Below, piece after piece: positions 19,111 to 28,845 of a DNA stretch of 48,850 nt (position 1 is the stretch's first letter; each line of letters opens with the position of its first letter). A program made the position numbers and the translations under genes. Below the pieces are notes generated by a model. That model was not told the DNA's origin. It made no database searches and saw only the letters and a program-made list of their open reading frames with translations. Source of the DNA: Phycisphaerales bacterium (GTDB lineage Bacteria > Planctomycetota > Phycisphaerae > Phycisphaerales > UBA1924); the NCBI GenBank assembly GCA_007694925.1, contig REET01000127.1:1-48850 (forward strand), read 5' to 3'.

Positions 19111-21282
19111 TCAGCCCCCGCCCATCGCGCCCATCATGGCTTGCTGCATCGCGGTGGCGAAGGCCTGGTCGAACCGCTGGAAGCTATCGATCTCGCCGCG
19201 TTCGACACGCTGAGCGAGCTGGCCCATCACGCGTCCGAGGGCCTGCTGCATGTTGACGACCATGGAGAGCTCCGGGCCTTCCATGGGAGGGAAGACGAGT
19301 CTCCACTGGCCGTCGGCTCGTCGGGCCATCAGCGCATCGGTCATCATGCCGGGGAGAACCGCCGGGCCGGTGATCATCGCCTCGGCGTCGCCCATGAGCG
19401 ACACCGAAAAGTCCGAAGCGGTGGTGGTGCGAAAGTCGGGGATCTCGAAGTCCATCGCGGCGGCCTGGGCAAAGAACGCGGTGTCTTCAAGGCCTTGTCC
19501 GAAGCGGCTCTGGAGGGCGTTTTCGAGGCGTGTGGCGTTCTGGGCGACCGAGACCATCGCGTCGAACAATCGGCGCTCGTTCGAGCCCTCGATCCGGTAC
19601 AGGCTCGGGAGATCACCGAAGCGGTCCTGCTGCATCATGTTCAGAGCGCGTTCGACCAGAGCGAGGACCTCACGCTCGGGGGAGGCGGCTCCGCCGGCCT
19701 GCGCCTGGCCGCCTGCGCGCGGCTCGCGAGCGCCGACCTGCGGCACCTCGTCGCGCGTCAGGATCTGCGTCAGCAATCGGCGTGCGTCGCGGAGCTGGGT
19801 TTCCAGATCGATCTGGTCGGCCCGGCCGGCCTCGACCGCTTCGGCGTAGGCGGCAAGGTCGTTCAGACGCTTGGCCGCAAGCTCGAGCAGCGCGTTGCCC
19901 CGGTCGTCTTCGGCGCGGACGCCTTCGAGCCTGCCCGCGGCTTCGGCGAACGACTCGCGGGCGGCCTGCAGCGCCTCGGTCCGGGCGGTGCGTGTCCGCT
20001 CCAGCGCCTGGCTGACATTGCTCTGCGCCTCGCCACTCTGGAACATCGGCAGCGCCGACGCGGACTCGAGCACCTGCGCCACCCGCCCGTTCAGCAGGGC
20101 GTGACGCATGTGGATCGCCCCGGCGATCTCGTTCGCCTGGGTCGCCGCGAGCGCCGAGGAGGACCGCAGCGTTCTCGCGGCGGCGGTCGCCCTCGATGCC
20201 GCCTGCTCTGCGGCGCTGAGCGCCTTCTCGCGCTCGGCGCTGATCGTTTCGTGAACGAACGAGACGAGGCCCGCCTCTGCGGCCTTGACGAGCATGTCCA
20301 GGCGTGCTGGCATCTCCGTCTCGTCCCGCTGCGAGAGGGCCTCGCGGAGGGCGCGGCCGAGGTCGCCGGCGTGCCCCGAAGCGCCGCCGAAGAGGGCCTG
20401 GGCGAGCTCCGCCTGCGCCCGCTCGGCGAGCCGTCGGGCCTCGTCGGCCGCCTGGTTGGCCTGCTGGCGGACCTGTTCGAGGTGCTCGATGGCGGTGGTG
20501 GTGGCGGCGACCTCGCTGCGGGCCGCGTCGACACGCGCCGTCGCGAGCTTGATCTGACGCTCAATCTGATCGATATCGAGCTGGATGAGCTCGGCGTCGT
20601 AGGCGTGCCTGTCGGCGACGCGCCGGACACGCTGGGTCTCGTGGGCCAGACGCTCGCGCTCTTCGCCCGAAGCATTGGAAGCGCGTGCGTCGAGCTCGGC
20701 CTGGCGGCCCCGCTCGGTCCCTTCCAGGGTGACCTTCTCGCGCAGCCGCGTGTTCAACTGGTCGCGCTGCGCCGTCAGCTCGGCGAGCTCGGCGCGACGC
20801 TGGTTGAGCGTCTGCTCACGCCCGGTGGACTGGCGGCGGAGGTCCTGCAGCAGTTGGTCGTTGGCGAAGGCGGTCCGCTGGGCCTGCGCGCCCGCCCGCT
20901 GGGAGGCACGGACGAGCTGGTCGGCGTGGTCTGCGCCGGTCTGGGCGAGCTGCTCGTAACCCAGGAGGCGACGGGCGTCGATGATCGCCTCGCCGAGGAA
21001 GGTCTCGGCGATGAGCAGGGCCGCGGCGGCCTTCTCACCTTCGAGCATGCTGCCCGAGCCGACCTGGGCGGGGGCGCGGATGTCCTGCTGGAGGAGGCGT
21101 CGGGTCTCGTCGGGCGCCGACTCGGCGTGTCCGCCGCGCGTCGCGAGCATCTTCATCGATGCGTCGCGGACGCTGTCGCCGGGGGTCTGCCGGTCGCAGG
21201 CGGCCATCGGGAGGGCGACAGCCGCGGCGAGCAGGATCTGGATCCGGCGCCGGGCGGCGCGTCGGGGCGGATGGTTGGCCAT
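19111..21282 (-). CDS. Large coiled-coil lipoprotein (hypothetical)
   Basis: ORF 19111..21357(-). ATG 21282 gives MANHPPRRAARRRIQILLAAAVALPMAAC (lipobox). It has long Ala/Glu/Arg/Gln/Leu heptad-like stretches and a Met/Gly-rich C-terminus. Confidence 0.6.
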   Translation of the reverse strand: MANHPPRRAARRRIQILLAAAVALPMAACDRQTPGDSVRDASMKMLATRGGHAESAPDETRRLLQQDIRAPAQVGSGSMLEGEKAAAALLIAETFLGEAIIDARRLLGYEQLAQTGADHADQLVRASQRAGAQAQRTAFANDQLLQDLRRQSTGREQTLNQRRAELAELTAQRDQLNTRLREKVTLEGTERGRQAELDARASNASGEERERLAHETQRVRRVADRHAYDAELIQLDIDQIERQIKLATARVDAARSEVAATTTAIEHLEQVRQQANQAADEARRLAERAQAELAQALFGGASGHAGDLGRALREALSQRDETEMPARLDMLVKAAEAGLVSFVHETISAEREKALSAAEQAASRATAAARTLRSSSALAATQANEIAGAIHMRHALLNGRVAQVLESASALPMFQSGEAQSNVSQALERTRTARTEALQAARESFAEAAGRLEGVRAEDDRGNALLELAAKRLNDLAAYAEAVEAGRADQIDLETQLRDARRLLTQILTRDEVPQVGAREPRAGGQAQAGGAASPEREVLALVERALNMMQQDRFGDLPSLYRIEGSNERRLFDAMVSVAQNATRLENALQSRFGQGLEDTAFFAQAAAMDFEIPDFRTTTASDFSVSLMGDAEAMITGPAVLPGMMTDALMARRADGQWRLVFPPMEGPELSMVVNMQQALGRVMGQLAQRVERGEIDSFQRFDQAFATAMQQAMMGAMGGG

Positions 21283-21489
21283 CGTCGGGGTCTCCGCGTG
21301 CGGGCACATTGCAGCTTTGGCGGCGCGGTCCGGGCGCCGGAATCGCGACTGTAGCACAAATCGCCGGGCGCGGCACCAAGGCCGCCGCTCGCCCGATGCG
21401 CCGGACGCGACACGATCCGCAGCGGCCCCGAGAACGGTTGCAGCAGGGACGCAGAAGGAGATTTGATCGGTTTGTGAAAGGGTGTTGGG

Positions 21490-22599
21490 TCAGTCGCTGT
21501 CGGTCTTGGCGGGCGAACTCAACAAGGTCTTCGAAAGCCAGTCCCCGATCGCCCCGAGCGCCTCGGGGGCGACCGGGCCGTCAAAGCCCGGCTCGTTCGG
21601 CGAGCTGACCTTCTTGAGATTGTGGCTCGCGCCCTCGATCAGCTGGATCCGGGTCGGCACGCCCGGCCGTGCGATCAGCGCGGCCTTCAGCGGGGGCAGA
21701 TCGTCGTCGACGGTGACCTGGGCGTCGTGCTCGCCCTGCACCACCAGAACCGGGCCCTTGTAGTTCGAGGCGAGCTCGGCCGGCTCGACCGTGAAGTAGG
21801 CGTAAAGCACATCGAGGCTCGACGGATTGAACAGTGAGGCGAGGGCCGGGTGCAGGTCTGCCGGGATGGTCCGGTCGGCCCGGATCGAGTCGATCGCCCG
21901 GTCGAGGTCCTTGCGGATGGTCTCTCGCAGCGCCGCGTCGGGGACCTGCAGAGGCAGCACGCGGTCGACCTGGTCCCGGATCACATGGTCCAGGCGTCGG
22001 CCCGTGGTCCCCGCGAGCACGAGTGCCGACGGAGCGTGCTCGCCCATCCGATCGGCAAGGGCCAGGGCGATCAGGCCCCCCTCGCTGTGCCCGAGGACCG
22101 CGACGCGGGAGGCGTCGATCCCGTCCCGGGCACCGAGGGCTTTGAGGGCGGCCTCGGCGTCCTGCACGAAGTGGTCCCAGGCGAAGAACGCGCCGACCTC
22201 GTCGGGCGTGCGGGGCCAGAGCCCCGCGTTGGCGTGGGCGGCCCGCTTGTCGAACCGGAACGAGGCGACCCCCCGCGAGGCCAGATCGTCGGCGATCTGG
22301 CGGAGCAGGTCGGTCTTGAGCATCGGGGGCTGGTTGCCGTCGCGGTCGGTCGGCCCCGAGCCGGGCAGGAGCAGCACGCCTGGGAACGGCCCCCCCTCAC
22401 TGGCGGGAAGCACGAGCGTGCCGGGGAGCTCGATCCCCCCGGCCCCGGTGAATGTGAGTTCAACAGCGCGTGGCTCGGCCTTTTCGGTTGCGGCTTCTTC
22501 GGGCGACTGGCTCAGGGCCGGGCCATGGGTGAGGAGCAAAGCAGCGGCGCCGAACGCCGCGGCGAGGCGGCGTCGGCTTGCTGGGCGTGTGTCGGTCAT
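21490..22599 (-). CDS. Alpha/beta hydrolase, probably Tat-exported
   Basis: ORF 21490..23088(-). ATG 22599 gives MTDTRPASRRRLAAAFGAAALLL (twin-arginine-like). The nucleophile elbow is GHSEGG. Confidence 0.75.
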   Translation of the reverse strand: MTDTRPASRRRLAAAFGAAALLLTHGPALSQSPEEAATEKAEPRAVELTFTGAGGIELPGTLVLPASEGGPFPGVLLLPGSGPTDRDGNQPPMLKTDLLRQIADDLASRGVASFRFDKRAAHANAGLWPRTPDEVGAFFAWDHFVQDAEAALKALGARDGIDASRVAVLGHSEGGLIALALADRMGEHAPSALVLAGTTGRRLDHVIRDQVDRVLPLQVPDAALRETIRKDLDRAIDSIRADRTIPADLHPALASLFNPSSLDVLYAYFTVEPAELASNYKGPVLVVQGEHDAQVTVDDDLPPLKAALIARPGVPTRIQLIEGASHNLKKVSSPNEPGFDGPVAPEALGAIGDWLSKTLLSSPAKTDSD

Positions 22600-22661
22600 C
22601 TGTAATCCTCCGGGATCGCGGGGGGGTCGCCCGGCTGTTTGGAGGATCGGGCGGCCCGATT

Positions 22662-23999
22662 TCAGCGCGGGCCGGGCGGATCGTCCGGGGGCGTGTAGAG
22701 GTCGTGCTTGGGCTGGGGCGGTTCGTAGGTGATCGGGTAGTCCGGGCGGGGCCGGTACATGCTGTTGATCCAGCGCACGCTGTCGCGAAAGCGGGGGTCC
22801 TCGGGCGAACGGAGCAGCGGGCGCCAGGGACGCTCGCGATCGAGCTCGATGATCCGCGGGTGGGGGAACTTGGAGGTCTCGCGCGGCAGGGCGAGCTGCA
22901 GCAGGCGGGACTGCTCGGGCTGTTCGTAGTCGATCAGGGGCTCGCCGTCCTCGAATCGGAAGCTTTCGATGATGAAGAAGTTGGTGTAGACGGTCTCGTC
23001 GCGGTTTGGGTGCTGGCCCCGGAGCATCAAGCGTCCGGCCTCCTGACCGCCGTGGCAGTCGTTGGTGGCGCAGCCCCTGAAGAGCCATGCTGCGTGGACA
23101 TCGCGCCTGAAGCGTTGGAAGGCCTCGGGGTCGCCGACGACCTCGACCTCGGCGTACAGCTCGCGGGCCTGGACGCGGAACATGAGTTCGAGGACGCGTT
23201 CCGGCCTGGTTCGGTACAGGGCCTGGAGGGCTTCGGGGGTGGTGGGCATGCCCCGGGCGCCGGAGTGGTTCTCGATGAGGCGCTGGACGGTCTCCCGCCT
23301 GATGCGGATGCGGGGGGGGTCGGCGAGGTCGATCTCGTAGACCTTCAGGAGGTTGATCTGCTCGGAAGAGAGGAGTGGGAAGCCTTCGCGCTCGCGCCGG
23401 TTGGAGGGGCGGTCGTTCTCGTCCCGCTCGCGGAGTCGCTGCTCGCGCCGGTTCTCAGAGAGCCTGGCCTGAGCCCGCAGCAGGGGGAGGCGTCGGATGA
23501 TCTCGGGCTGGCCCGGGACGCGTCTGAGGAGGGCCTCGGCCTCCTCAAGGGCGGTGGTGTGGGCCCCGTTGGCGGTCAGCCAATCGATCAGGACGACCAG
23601 CTGGTCCGCCTCGTAGTCGTCGATGGCGGCCCGCATCTCGCGATACCGCTCCATGATCGGATCGAGGAACTGGATCGAGCGGACCCGGATCGCCGGGTAG
23701 GTGGTGGTCACCCCGCGGATGCGGAGGACGACCTCGGCGCTGTCACGCCGGACGAGCTCGCCCCGGACGGTCGTCCCGTCGCGGAAGGTGACGATGCACT
23801 CGCGTCGTTCCTCGTCGCCGGGGTCTTCTCGCTGGGGATCGAAAGCGACAGGGGTGAGCCAGCGGTCTTGCCCGCTCATCGGGGCGAGATTCTGGAGGAC
23901 GGCGGCCCCCACGAGAACGGCGCCCGCCGAGGCGGCCAGCACGCAGAGGACGCTGCGTGCCGTCCGGAGGGATCGGCGGGGTTTGCGGGGGTTGCTCAT
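22662..23999 (-). CDS. Hypothetical membrane-anchored protein with a CxxxxCH motif
   Basis: 445 aa with an N-terminal anchor (SVLCVLAASAGAVLVGAAVL). It contains the single motif GCATNDCHGGQEAGRLML. It lies 42 bp downstream of the DUF342 gene on the same strand. Confidence 0.6.
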   Translation of the reverse strand: MSNPRKPRRSLRTARSVLCVLAASAGAVLVGAAVLQNLAPMSGQDRWLTPVAFDPQREDPGDEERRECIVTFRDGTTVRGELVRRDSAEVVLRIRGVTTTYPAIRVRSIQFLDPIMERYREMRAAIDDYEADQLVVLIDWLTANGAHTTALEEAEALLRRVPGQPEIIRRLPLLRAQARLSENRREQRLRERDENDRPSNRREREGFPLLSSEQINLLKVYEIDLADPPRIRIRRETVQRLIENHSGARGMPTTPEALQALYRTRPERVLELMFRVQARELYAEVEVVGDPEAFQRFRRDVHAAWLFRGCATNDCHGGQEAGRLMLRGQHPNRDETVYTNFFIIESFRFEDGEPLIDYEQPEQSRLLQLALPRETSKFPHPRIIELDRERPWRPLLRSPEDPRFRDSVRWINSMYRPRPDYPITYEPPQPKHDLYTPPDDPPGPR

Positions 24000-24041
24000 G
24001 CGTGCATTGTGCGCACGCCGAGCGGGAATCGCCAGTGGGGG

Positions 24042-25580
24042 TCAGGCCGCCTTGGACGGGATGATCGTGCGGATCCGGTGGAGGACCCAGCGGTCGTCCT
24101 CTTTTGTGACTGAGGCGATCTTGTCCAGGGGGGTTGCCGACCCGGAGGTCAGGTCCTCCAGGACGGGGACGCCCTTGTCGTCGGTGCGGACGGTCACGGG
24201 GCCCTTGACGGCGCTCTTGAAGAGGCAGCGGTAGGGGCCGACGAGGATGACCGTGCCCCGGTGGATGATCCTGTGGACGGTGATCGAGGGCTCGATGAAC
24301 CGCTCCATCGTGTCGGCGGTCTCTCCCAGTCCCTGCATGAGCCGGGAGATGGCCTGGTCGCAGGTCTGAACGGCGAACTGGAGTTCGGTGAGTTCTTCGG
24401 CGAGCGAGCCGCTGGGCTTGGCGCCGCCCGCCTTCTTGAGGGTCTCAAAGCGTGTCTTGGAGGCGTCTCGCTTTTCGACGAGCGCCTGGTATCTGTCCAG
24501 CCCGGCGCCGGCGAGGCGTTCGAGTTCTTCGAGCACGCCGAGGCGGACGGTGGTGGTGATCTCCGACTCGGCGCCGATCTGGGCGCACTCGCCCGATCCG
24601 CCGAGGCCGACCTCGCCCCCGATGATGACGGCGCCGGGGGCTGTCAGCTTGCCGCCCACACGCACCGTCGCGTCGTTGATCTCTCTCTCGGCGGTGAAGT
24701 TCCGGCCGACGAAGACGAGTGCGGCGTCGATGTACTTCGCGTGGAGGTCTCTGCCCGTGCGGATGACGCCCTTCTCCCGTCCGGCCATGCCCCTTGCGAG
24801 CGTGATGTCGAAGCGGGCGTCGAGGGTCGCGGCCTCGACGAGTTCGCCGACGGTCAGCGAGCCCTTGCATCGGACGGAGAAGCGGTCCTTGACGCCCTTG
24901 GAGACGCTGACATTGCCCGGGAAGTCGATGTTGCCCGTGGAGAAGTCGACGCCCCCGGAGATGTTCAGCTCGCGCTCGACGCGGATCTCGACGGGGCCGG
25001 CGACGAGGTGCCCGCTGTGGGACGCGGAGATGACGCCCTGCTCGTTGATGCGGACGGAGCGGTCGAGCTTGACGCGGGCCTTCTTGCCTTCCTTGGCGGC
25101 GATGACGCGTCCTGTGACATCGACGCCGTCGGTCCCGTCGGTCTTGGGCATGAGCCTGCCGATGCGCTGGGCGGCGAGGACGACGACGAATGCGGAGCGG
25201 TTGTAGTGGTCGGCGTTTCCGTCGTCGGCGCCCGAGGGCGGCTCGGGCGGCGCTTCCTGCTTTCGCTTCGCCTCGTCGAGCTTCTCCTGGATCTCGGGGT
25301 CGATGACGACTCTGGCGTCGGAGCCGTGCTCGACGGGCTTGCCCTTGGCGACGACGCTCTCGTGGTCCTTGTCGGGCGCCTGGCGAGCGCCGAGGAGGAG
25401 GGCGTCGATCGCGGCGTTGTCGATGGCCTGCGGGCAGACGCCGGCCTCGACGAGCGCGGCGAGCACGCCTGCGCGATCGAGTGAGTCGAGGTCTGCGCCG
25501 GCGGCGATGCGCACCGACGCTGTCAGGCGGTCTCCCGCCTGCAAGACCCTGATCTTGTTGGAGGCATCCTGTTCGGGCAT
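24042..25580 (-). CDS. DUF342/FapA-family protein
   Basis: 512 aa. The N-terminal domain is followed by a beta-helix-like repeat region (GNIDFPGNVSVSKGVKDRFSVRCKGSLTVGELVEAATLDARFDITLARGMAG) and a C-terminal coiled coil, as in FapA/DUF342. It sits in a che-operon context. Confidence 0.6.
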   Translation of the reverse strand: MPEQDASNKIRVLQAGDRLTASVRIAAGADLDSLDRAGVLAALVEAGVCPQAIDNAAIDALLLGARQAPDKDHESVVAKGKPVEHGSDARVVIDPEIQEKLDEAKRKQEAPPEPPSGADDGNADHYNRSAFVVVLAAQRIGRLMPKTDGTDGVDVTGRVIAAKEGKKARVKLDRSVRINEQGVISASHSGHLVAGPVEIRVERELNISGGVDFSTGNIDFPGNVSVSKGVKDRFSVRCKGSLTVGELVEAATLDARFDITLARGMAGREKGVIRTGRDLHAKYIDAALVFVGRNFTAEREINDATVRVGGKLTAPGAVIIGGEVGLGGSGECAQIGAESEITTTVRLGVLEELERLAGAGLDRYQALVEKRDASKTRFETLKKAGGAKPSGSLAEELTELQFAVQTCDQAISRLMQGLGETADTMERFIEPSITVHRIIHRGTVILVGPYRCLFKSAVKGPVTVRTDDKGVPVLEDLTSGSATPLDKIASVTKEDDRWVLHRIRTIIPSKAA

Positions 25581-25599
25581 GCCCGCTCAGGCGTCGCGG

Positions 25600-25974
25600 T
25601 CAGGCCGCGATGCCGGCCTTTGAGAGAGTTTCTGAGATCCGCTGGGAGAGGAGATCGGGCGTGAAGGGCTTGACGACATAGTTGTTGACGCCGGCCTTGA
25701 TGGCCTCGATCACGCGTGACTTCTCGGCCTCGGTTGTGACCATGATGATGGGCGTGGTCTTGTCCTGGGCCCTGTAGGCCTTGACGAACGAGAGCCCGTC
25801 CATGTTGGGCATGTTCCAGTCGACGAGGAGGAGGTCGGGCTTGAAGGCGCCGACCTTGGAAAGGGCGTCCTGCCCGTCGCAGGCCTCTTCGAGCTCGGTG
25901 TAGCCGAGCTGGGAGAGGACGGACTTCTGGATGTTCCGCATGGTCTTGGAGTCGTCGACGAGCATGATGCGCAT
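25600..25974 (-). CDS. cheY: Chemotaxis response regulator CheY
   Basis: 124 aa single REC domain with LVDDS, LLLVDWNMPNMDG, IMVTTE and VVKPF. All conserved D/D/D/T/K positions are present. Confidence 0.9.
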   Translation of the reverse strand: MRIMLVDDSKTMRNIQKSVLSQLGYTELEEACDGQDALSKVGAFKPDLLLVDWNMPNMDGLSFVKAYRAQDKTTPIIMVTTEAEKSRVIEAIKAGVNNYVVKPFTPDLLSQRISETLSKAGIAA

Positions 25975-25999
25975 GGCTGAACCTCCCTGTGTGCTGCGC

Positions 26000-26494
26000 T
26001 CACGCGCTGGCGGACGCCGCCTGTGTCGGGGCGTTTGCGTTTGTCTTGATGGCGATCTGGATGGCGACCTCCCCGCAGTCGGTCATGCAGGGGATCTCGA
26101 TGACGGGGACATCAGAGGTGTTGGCGATCAGGTGGCTCGAGCCGACAACGACCGAGGGGCACGAGATCGAGACCTTGGCGCCCTCGAAGTTGGCCTTGGC
26201 GCCGCCGGCGACCATGTTCACCAGCTCGCCGATGGCGTCGGCGAAGTCGGGCGAATCGGTGCTCAGCTCCTCGCCCGCGAAGAGGGCGACGACGCGCCTG
26301 GCCGCGTCGTCGGGGAACGACAGCACGACCGACCCGACCACATCGCCCGACATCCCGATAATGCCCGAGACATCGTAACCGGTGTTCTTGCCCGCCTTGA
26401 CGCGCGGCTCGCCGATCTGCATCGGCAGCTGCAGCATGGTCGAGAAGACATTCTGGACGCTTTGGATGAACGGGGTGATGAACCTGGCTTCCAT
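26000..26494 (-). CDS. cheX: CheX-type CheY-P phosphatase
   Basis: 164 aa with FITPFIQSVQNVFSTML, DVSGIIGMSGDVVGSVVLSF and the GELVNMVAGGAK (E..N) motif. Confidence 0.8.
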   Translation of the reverse strand: MEARFITPFIQSVQNVFSTMLQLPMQIGEPRVKAGKNTGYDVSGIIGMSGDVVGSVVLSFPDDAARRVVALFAGEELSTDSPDFADAIGELVNMVAGGAKANFEGAKVSISCPSVVVGSSHLIANTSDVPVIEIPCMTDCGEVAIQIAIKTNANAPTQAASASA

Positions 26495-26549
26495 GTCTGG
26501 TCCCTTCCTGGGGTGGGGCGCAATCGGGGGTGTTTCTTTTTTCGTCCGT

Positions 26550-28820
26550 TCAGGCCGCCCGCTGAAGCTCGGGTGTCTTCCTACCTTCGGCGGCGCGGAT
26601 CAGGCCGGAGGCATCGATGATGAGGCTCACGCCGCCGTCGTCTCGGACCGTGGCCCCGCTGAGCGGCCCGGCGCGTCCCACGGCCTCCAGCGGCTTGATG
26701 ACGATCTCCTGCTGCCCGATAAGCTCGGAGACGCGCAGCCCGATCTGGCGTTCGTTGACCGAGAGGATCACGACAAACGGCGTCTCGGTCCGGCGCTCGG
26801 GCGGGTACTCGAAGGCGTCGAACGCCGAGATCAGGGGGAGCACCGAGCCCCGCGTCTTGAGCACCGGGCTGTCGCCGATCGAGTAGATCATCTCGTCGGA
26901 CGGCCTGAGGATCTCGACGACATTGTCCAGCGGGATCGCGTAGATCTCGTCGGCGACGCGGACCATCATCGCCTGCATGATCGCGACGGTCAGCGGGATC
27001 GAGATCGTGAAGGTCGTGCCCTGGCCGGGCGTCGAGCTCACATCGATGGACCCGTTGAGCTTGCCGATGTTCGTGCGGACGACATCCATGCCGACGCCTC
27101 GCCCCGAGAGGTCCGAGACCTGTTCGACCGTCGAGAACCCGGCCTCGAAGATGAAGCGGAAGACATCGCGGTCGGGCAGGGCGTCGACCTCTTCGCGAGT
27201 CGCCAGGCCGCGTTCGACGGCCTTTGAGGCGATGCGGGCGCGGTCCAGCCCGCGTCCGTCGTCTCTGACGAGGATCCGCACATGGCTGCCCTGGTTGCTG
27301 GCCTCCAGCACGATGGTGCCTTCGGGGCTTTTGGCGGCGGCGCCGCGTTGCTCGGGCGTCTCCAGCCCGTGGTCGGCGCTGTTGCGCATGAGGTGGACGA
27401 GCGGGTCGCCCAGGGCCTCGATGACGGACTTGTCGACCTCGGTGTCACCCCCGACGATCTTGAGGTTGATCTTTTTGCCGGTCTTGTCGGCCAGGTCGCG
27501 GATGAGGCGGGGGTAGCGCCCGAAGATCTTGTCCAAGGGCTGCATGCGCGTGCGCATCACCGCGAGCTGCAGGTCGCCCGTGACGCGGTCGAGGTCCTCG
27601 GCCGAGGCGTTGATCTGCTCGCAGAGATCGTTGTCGCCTTTCTGGGCTGCGCCGACACGCCGGGCCAGGGCGGCGACGCGGTTCTTCTGCAGCACCAGCT
27701 CGCCGACGAGGTTCATCAGCGATTCCAAGCGACCGACCTCGACGCGGATGGTCTGCTCGATGACCTGCTTGGCGCCCGGTCGCTTGGCGCCCCGGTCCTC
27801 GCCCTGCGCCGCTTCGGCGCTGGCGTCGTCGGCGAGCTTGAGCTCGGGCGAGTCGGCCAGCTCCGGCCGGCCAGAGAGCACGCCGTCGAAGGCGAGAGCG
27901 CCTTCGGCGTCGGTATCGGCCGGAAGCGAGTGCGCTTCGTCGAGCGGCTTTCCGGCGCAGACCAGTGCCAGGCGCTCGATGAGCGCGTCGGTCGGCCAGT
28001 CGTAGAGCGTCGCCTGCTCGATCCCGTCGGCCTGGAGCGTGAGCAAGAGCGAGAGGGCTGTCAGGCGGGGGCGGATCTGCGCGATCGCGTCCTCGTCGGC
28101 GTCTTCGATGTTTGAGGCCGCGTCGCGCAGCGAGGTCGAGAGGCGCGTCACCGGCTCGAACTCGAAGAAGTCGACCGAGCGGACAAGGTCGTCGGATGCG
28201 GCCGCGAGCGCCTCGCCCGCCTCACGGCGCGAATCGGGGTTCGCCAGCGCCACGAGGCTGTCGTTGATCGTGTCGAGTGTCTGGCGGATGTCGGGCGCGA
28301 GAAACTCGACGAGCGCCATCTTGTCGGCGGGCAGGTCGATCGGAGTTGTGCGTGCGCCGAGGGGGCCGTCGGGGGCGGTCCCGGCCGCTGCTTGCGCCGG
28401 TGTCTGGGTGTCGGCGGCGCCGGCCTCTCGTCCCTCGCCGAAGGCGGTGAGCCCCTCGACGAGCGCGGGGTCGGGGGCTTCGAGGTCTTCGCCGGCGGAG
28501 AGCTGCTGGAACTGGCGGGCGAGCAGGTCGACCGTCTGCAGCAGCATGTTCATGCACGGGCGGTCGACGACGGCCCGTCCGGTGCGCGCCGCGTTGAGCG
28601 CGGTCTCCGCGGCGTGGGCGATCGCGACGAGGTTGGTCAGCGCGAGGAAAGAAGCGCTGCCCTTGACGGTGTGCAGCGCGCGGAAGATCTGGTTGAGCAG
28701 GTCCGGGTCGGTCGGGCTGCTCTCCAGCGAGACCAGGTCGCCTTCCAGACCTTCGAGCAGCTCGCCGCACTCGGTCAGAAAGTCCTGGATGATCTGAGGA
28801 TCAAAGCCCCCCGCGCTCAT
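26550..28820 (-). CDS. cheA: Chemotaxis histidine kinase CheA
   Basis: Hpt site FRALHTVKGSASF, kinase boxes HLMRNSADHG, RDDGRGLD and GRGVGMDVV, and a C-terminal CheW-like domain. Confidence 0.95.
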   Translation of the reverse strand: MSAGGFDPQIIQDFLTECGELLEGLEGDLVSLESSPTDPDLLNQIFRALHTVKGSASFLALTNLVAIAHAAETALNAARTGRAVVDRPCMNMLLQTVDLLARQFQQLSAGEDLEAPDPALVEGLTAFGEGREAGAADTQTPAQAAAGTAPDGPLGARTTPIDLPADKMALVEFLAPDIRQTLDTINDSLVALANPDSRREAGEALAAASDDLVRSVDFFEFEPVTRLSTSLRDAASNIEDADEDAIAQIRPRLTALSLLLTLQADGIEQATLYDWPTDALIERLALVCAGKPLDEAHSLPADTDAEGALAFDGVLSGRPELADSPELKLADDASAEAAQGEDRGAKRPGAKQVIEQTIRVEVGRLESLMNLVGELVLQKNRVAALARRVGAAQKGDNDLCEQINASAEDLDRVTGDLQLAVMRTRMQPLDKIFGRYPRLIRDLADKTGKKINLKIVGGDTEVDKSVIEALGDPLVHLMRNSADHGLETPEQRGAAAKSPEGTIVLEASNQGSHVRILVRDDGRGLDRARIASKAVERGLATREEVDALPDRDVFRFIFEAGFSTVEQVSDLSGRGVGMDVVRTNIGKLNGSIDVSSTPGQGTTFTISIPLTVAIMQAMMVRVADEIYAIPLDNVVEILRPSDEMIYSIGDSPVLKTRGSVLPLISAFDAFEYPPERRTETPFVVILSVNERQIGLRVSELIGQQEIVIKPLEAVGRAGPLSGATVRDDGGVSLIIDASGLIRAAEGRKTPELQRAA

Positions 28821-28845
28821 ATTCGATTCCTTTCCGGCGATTGTG

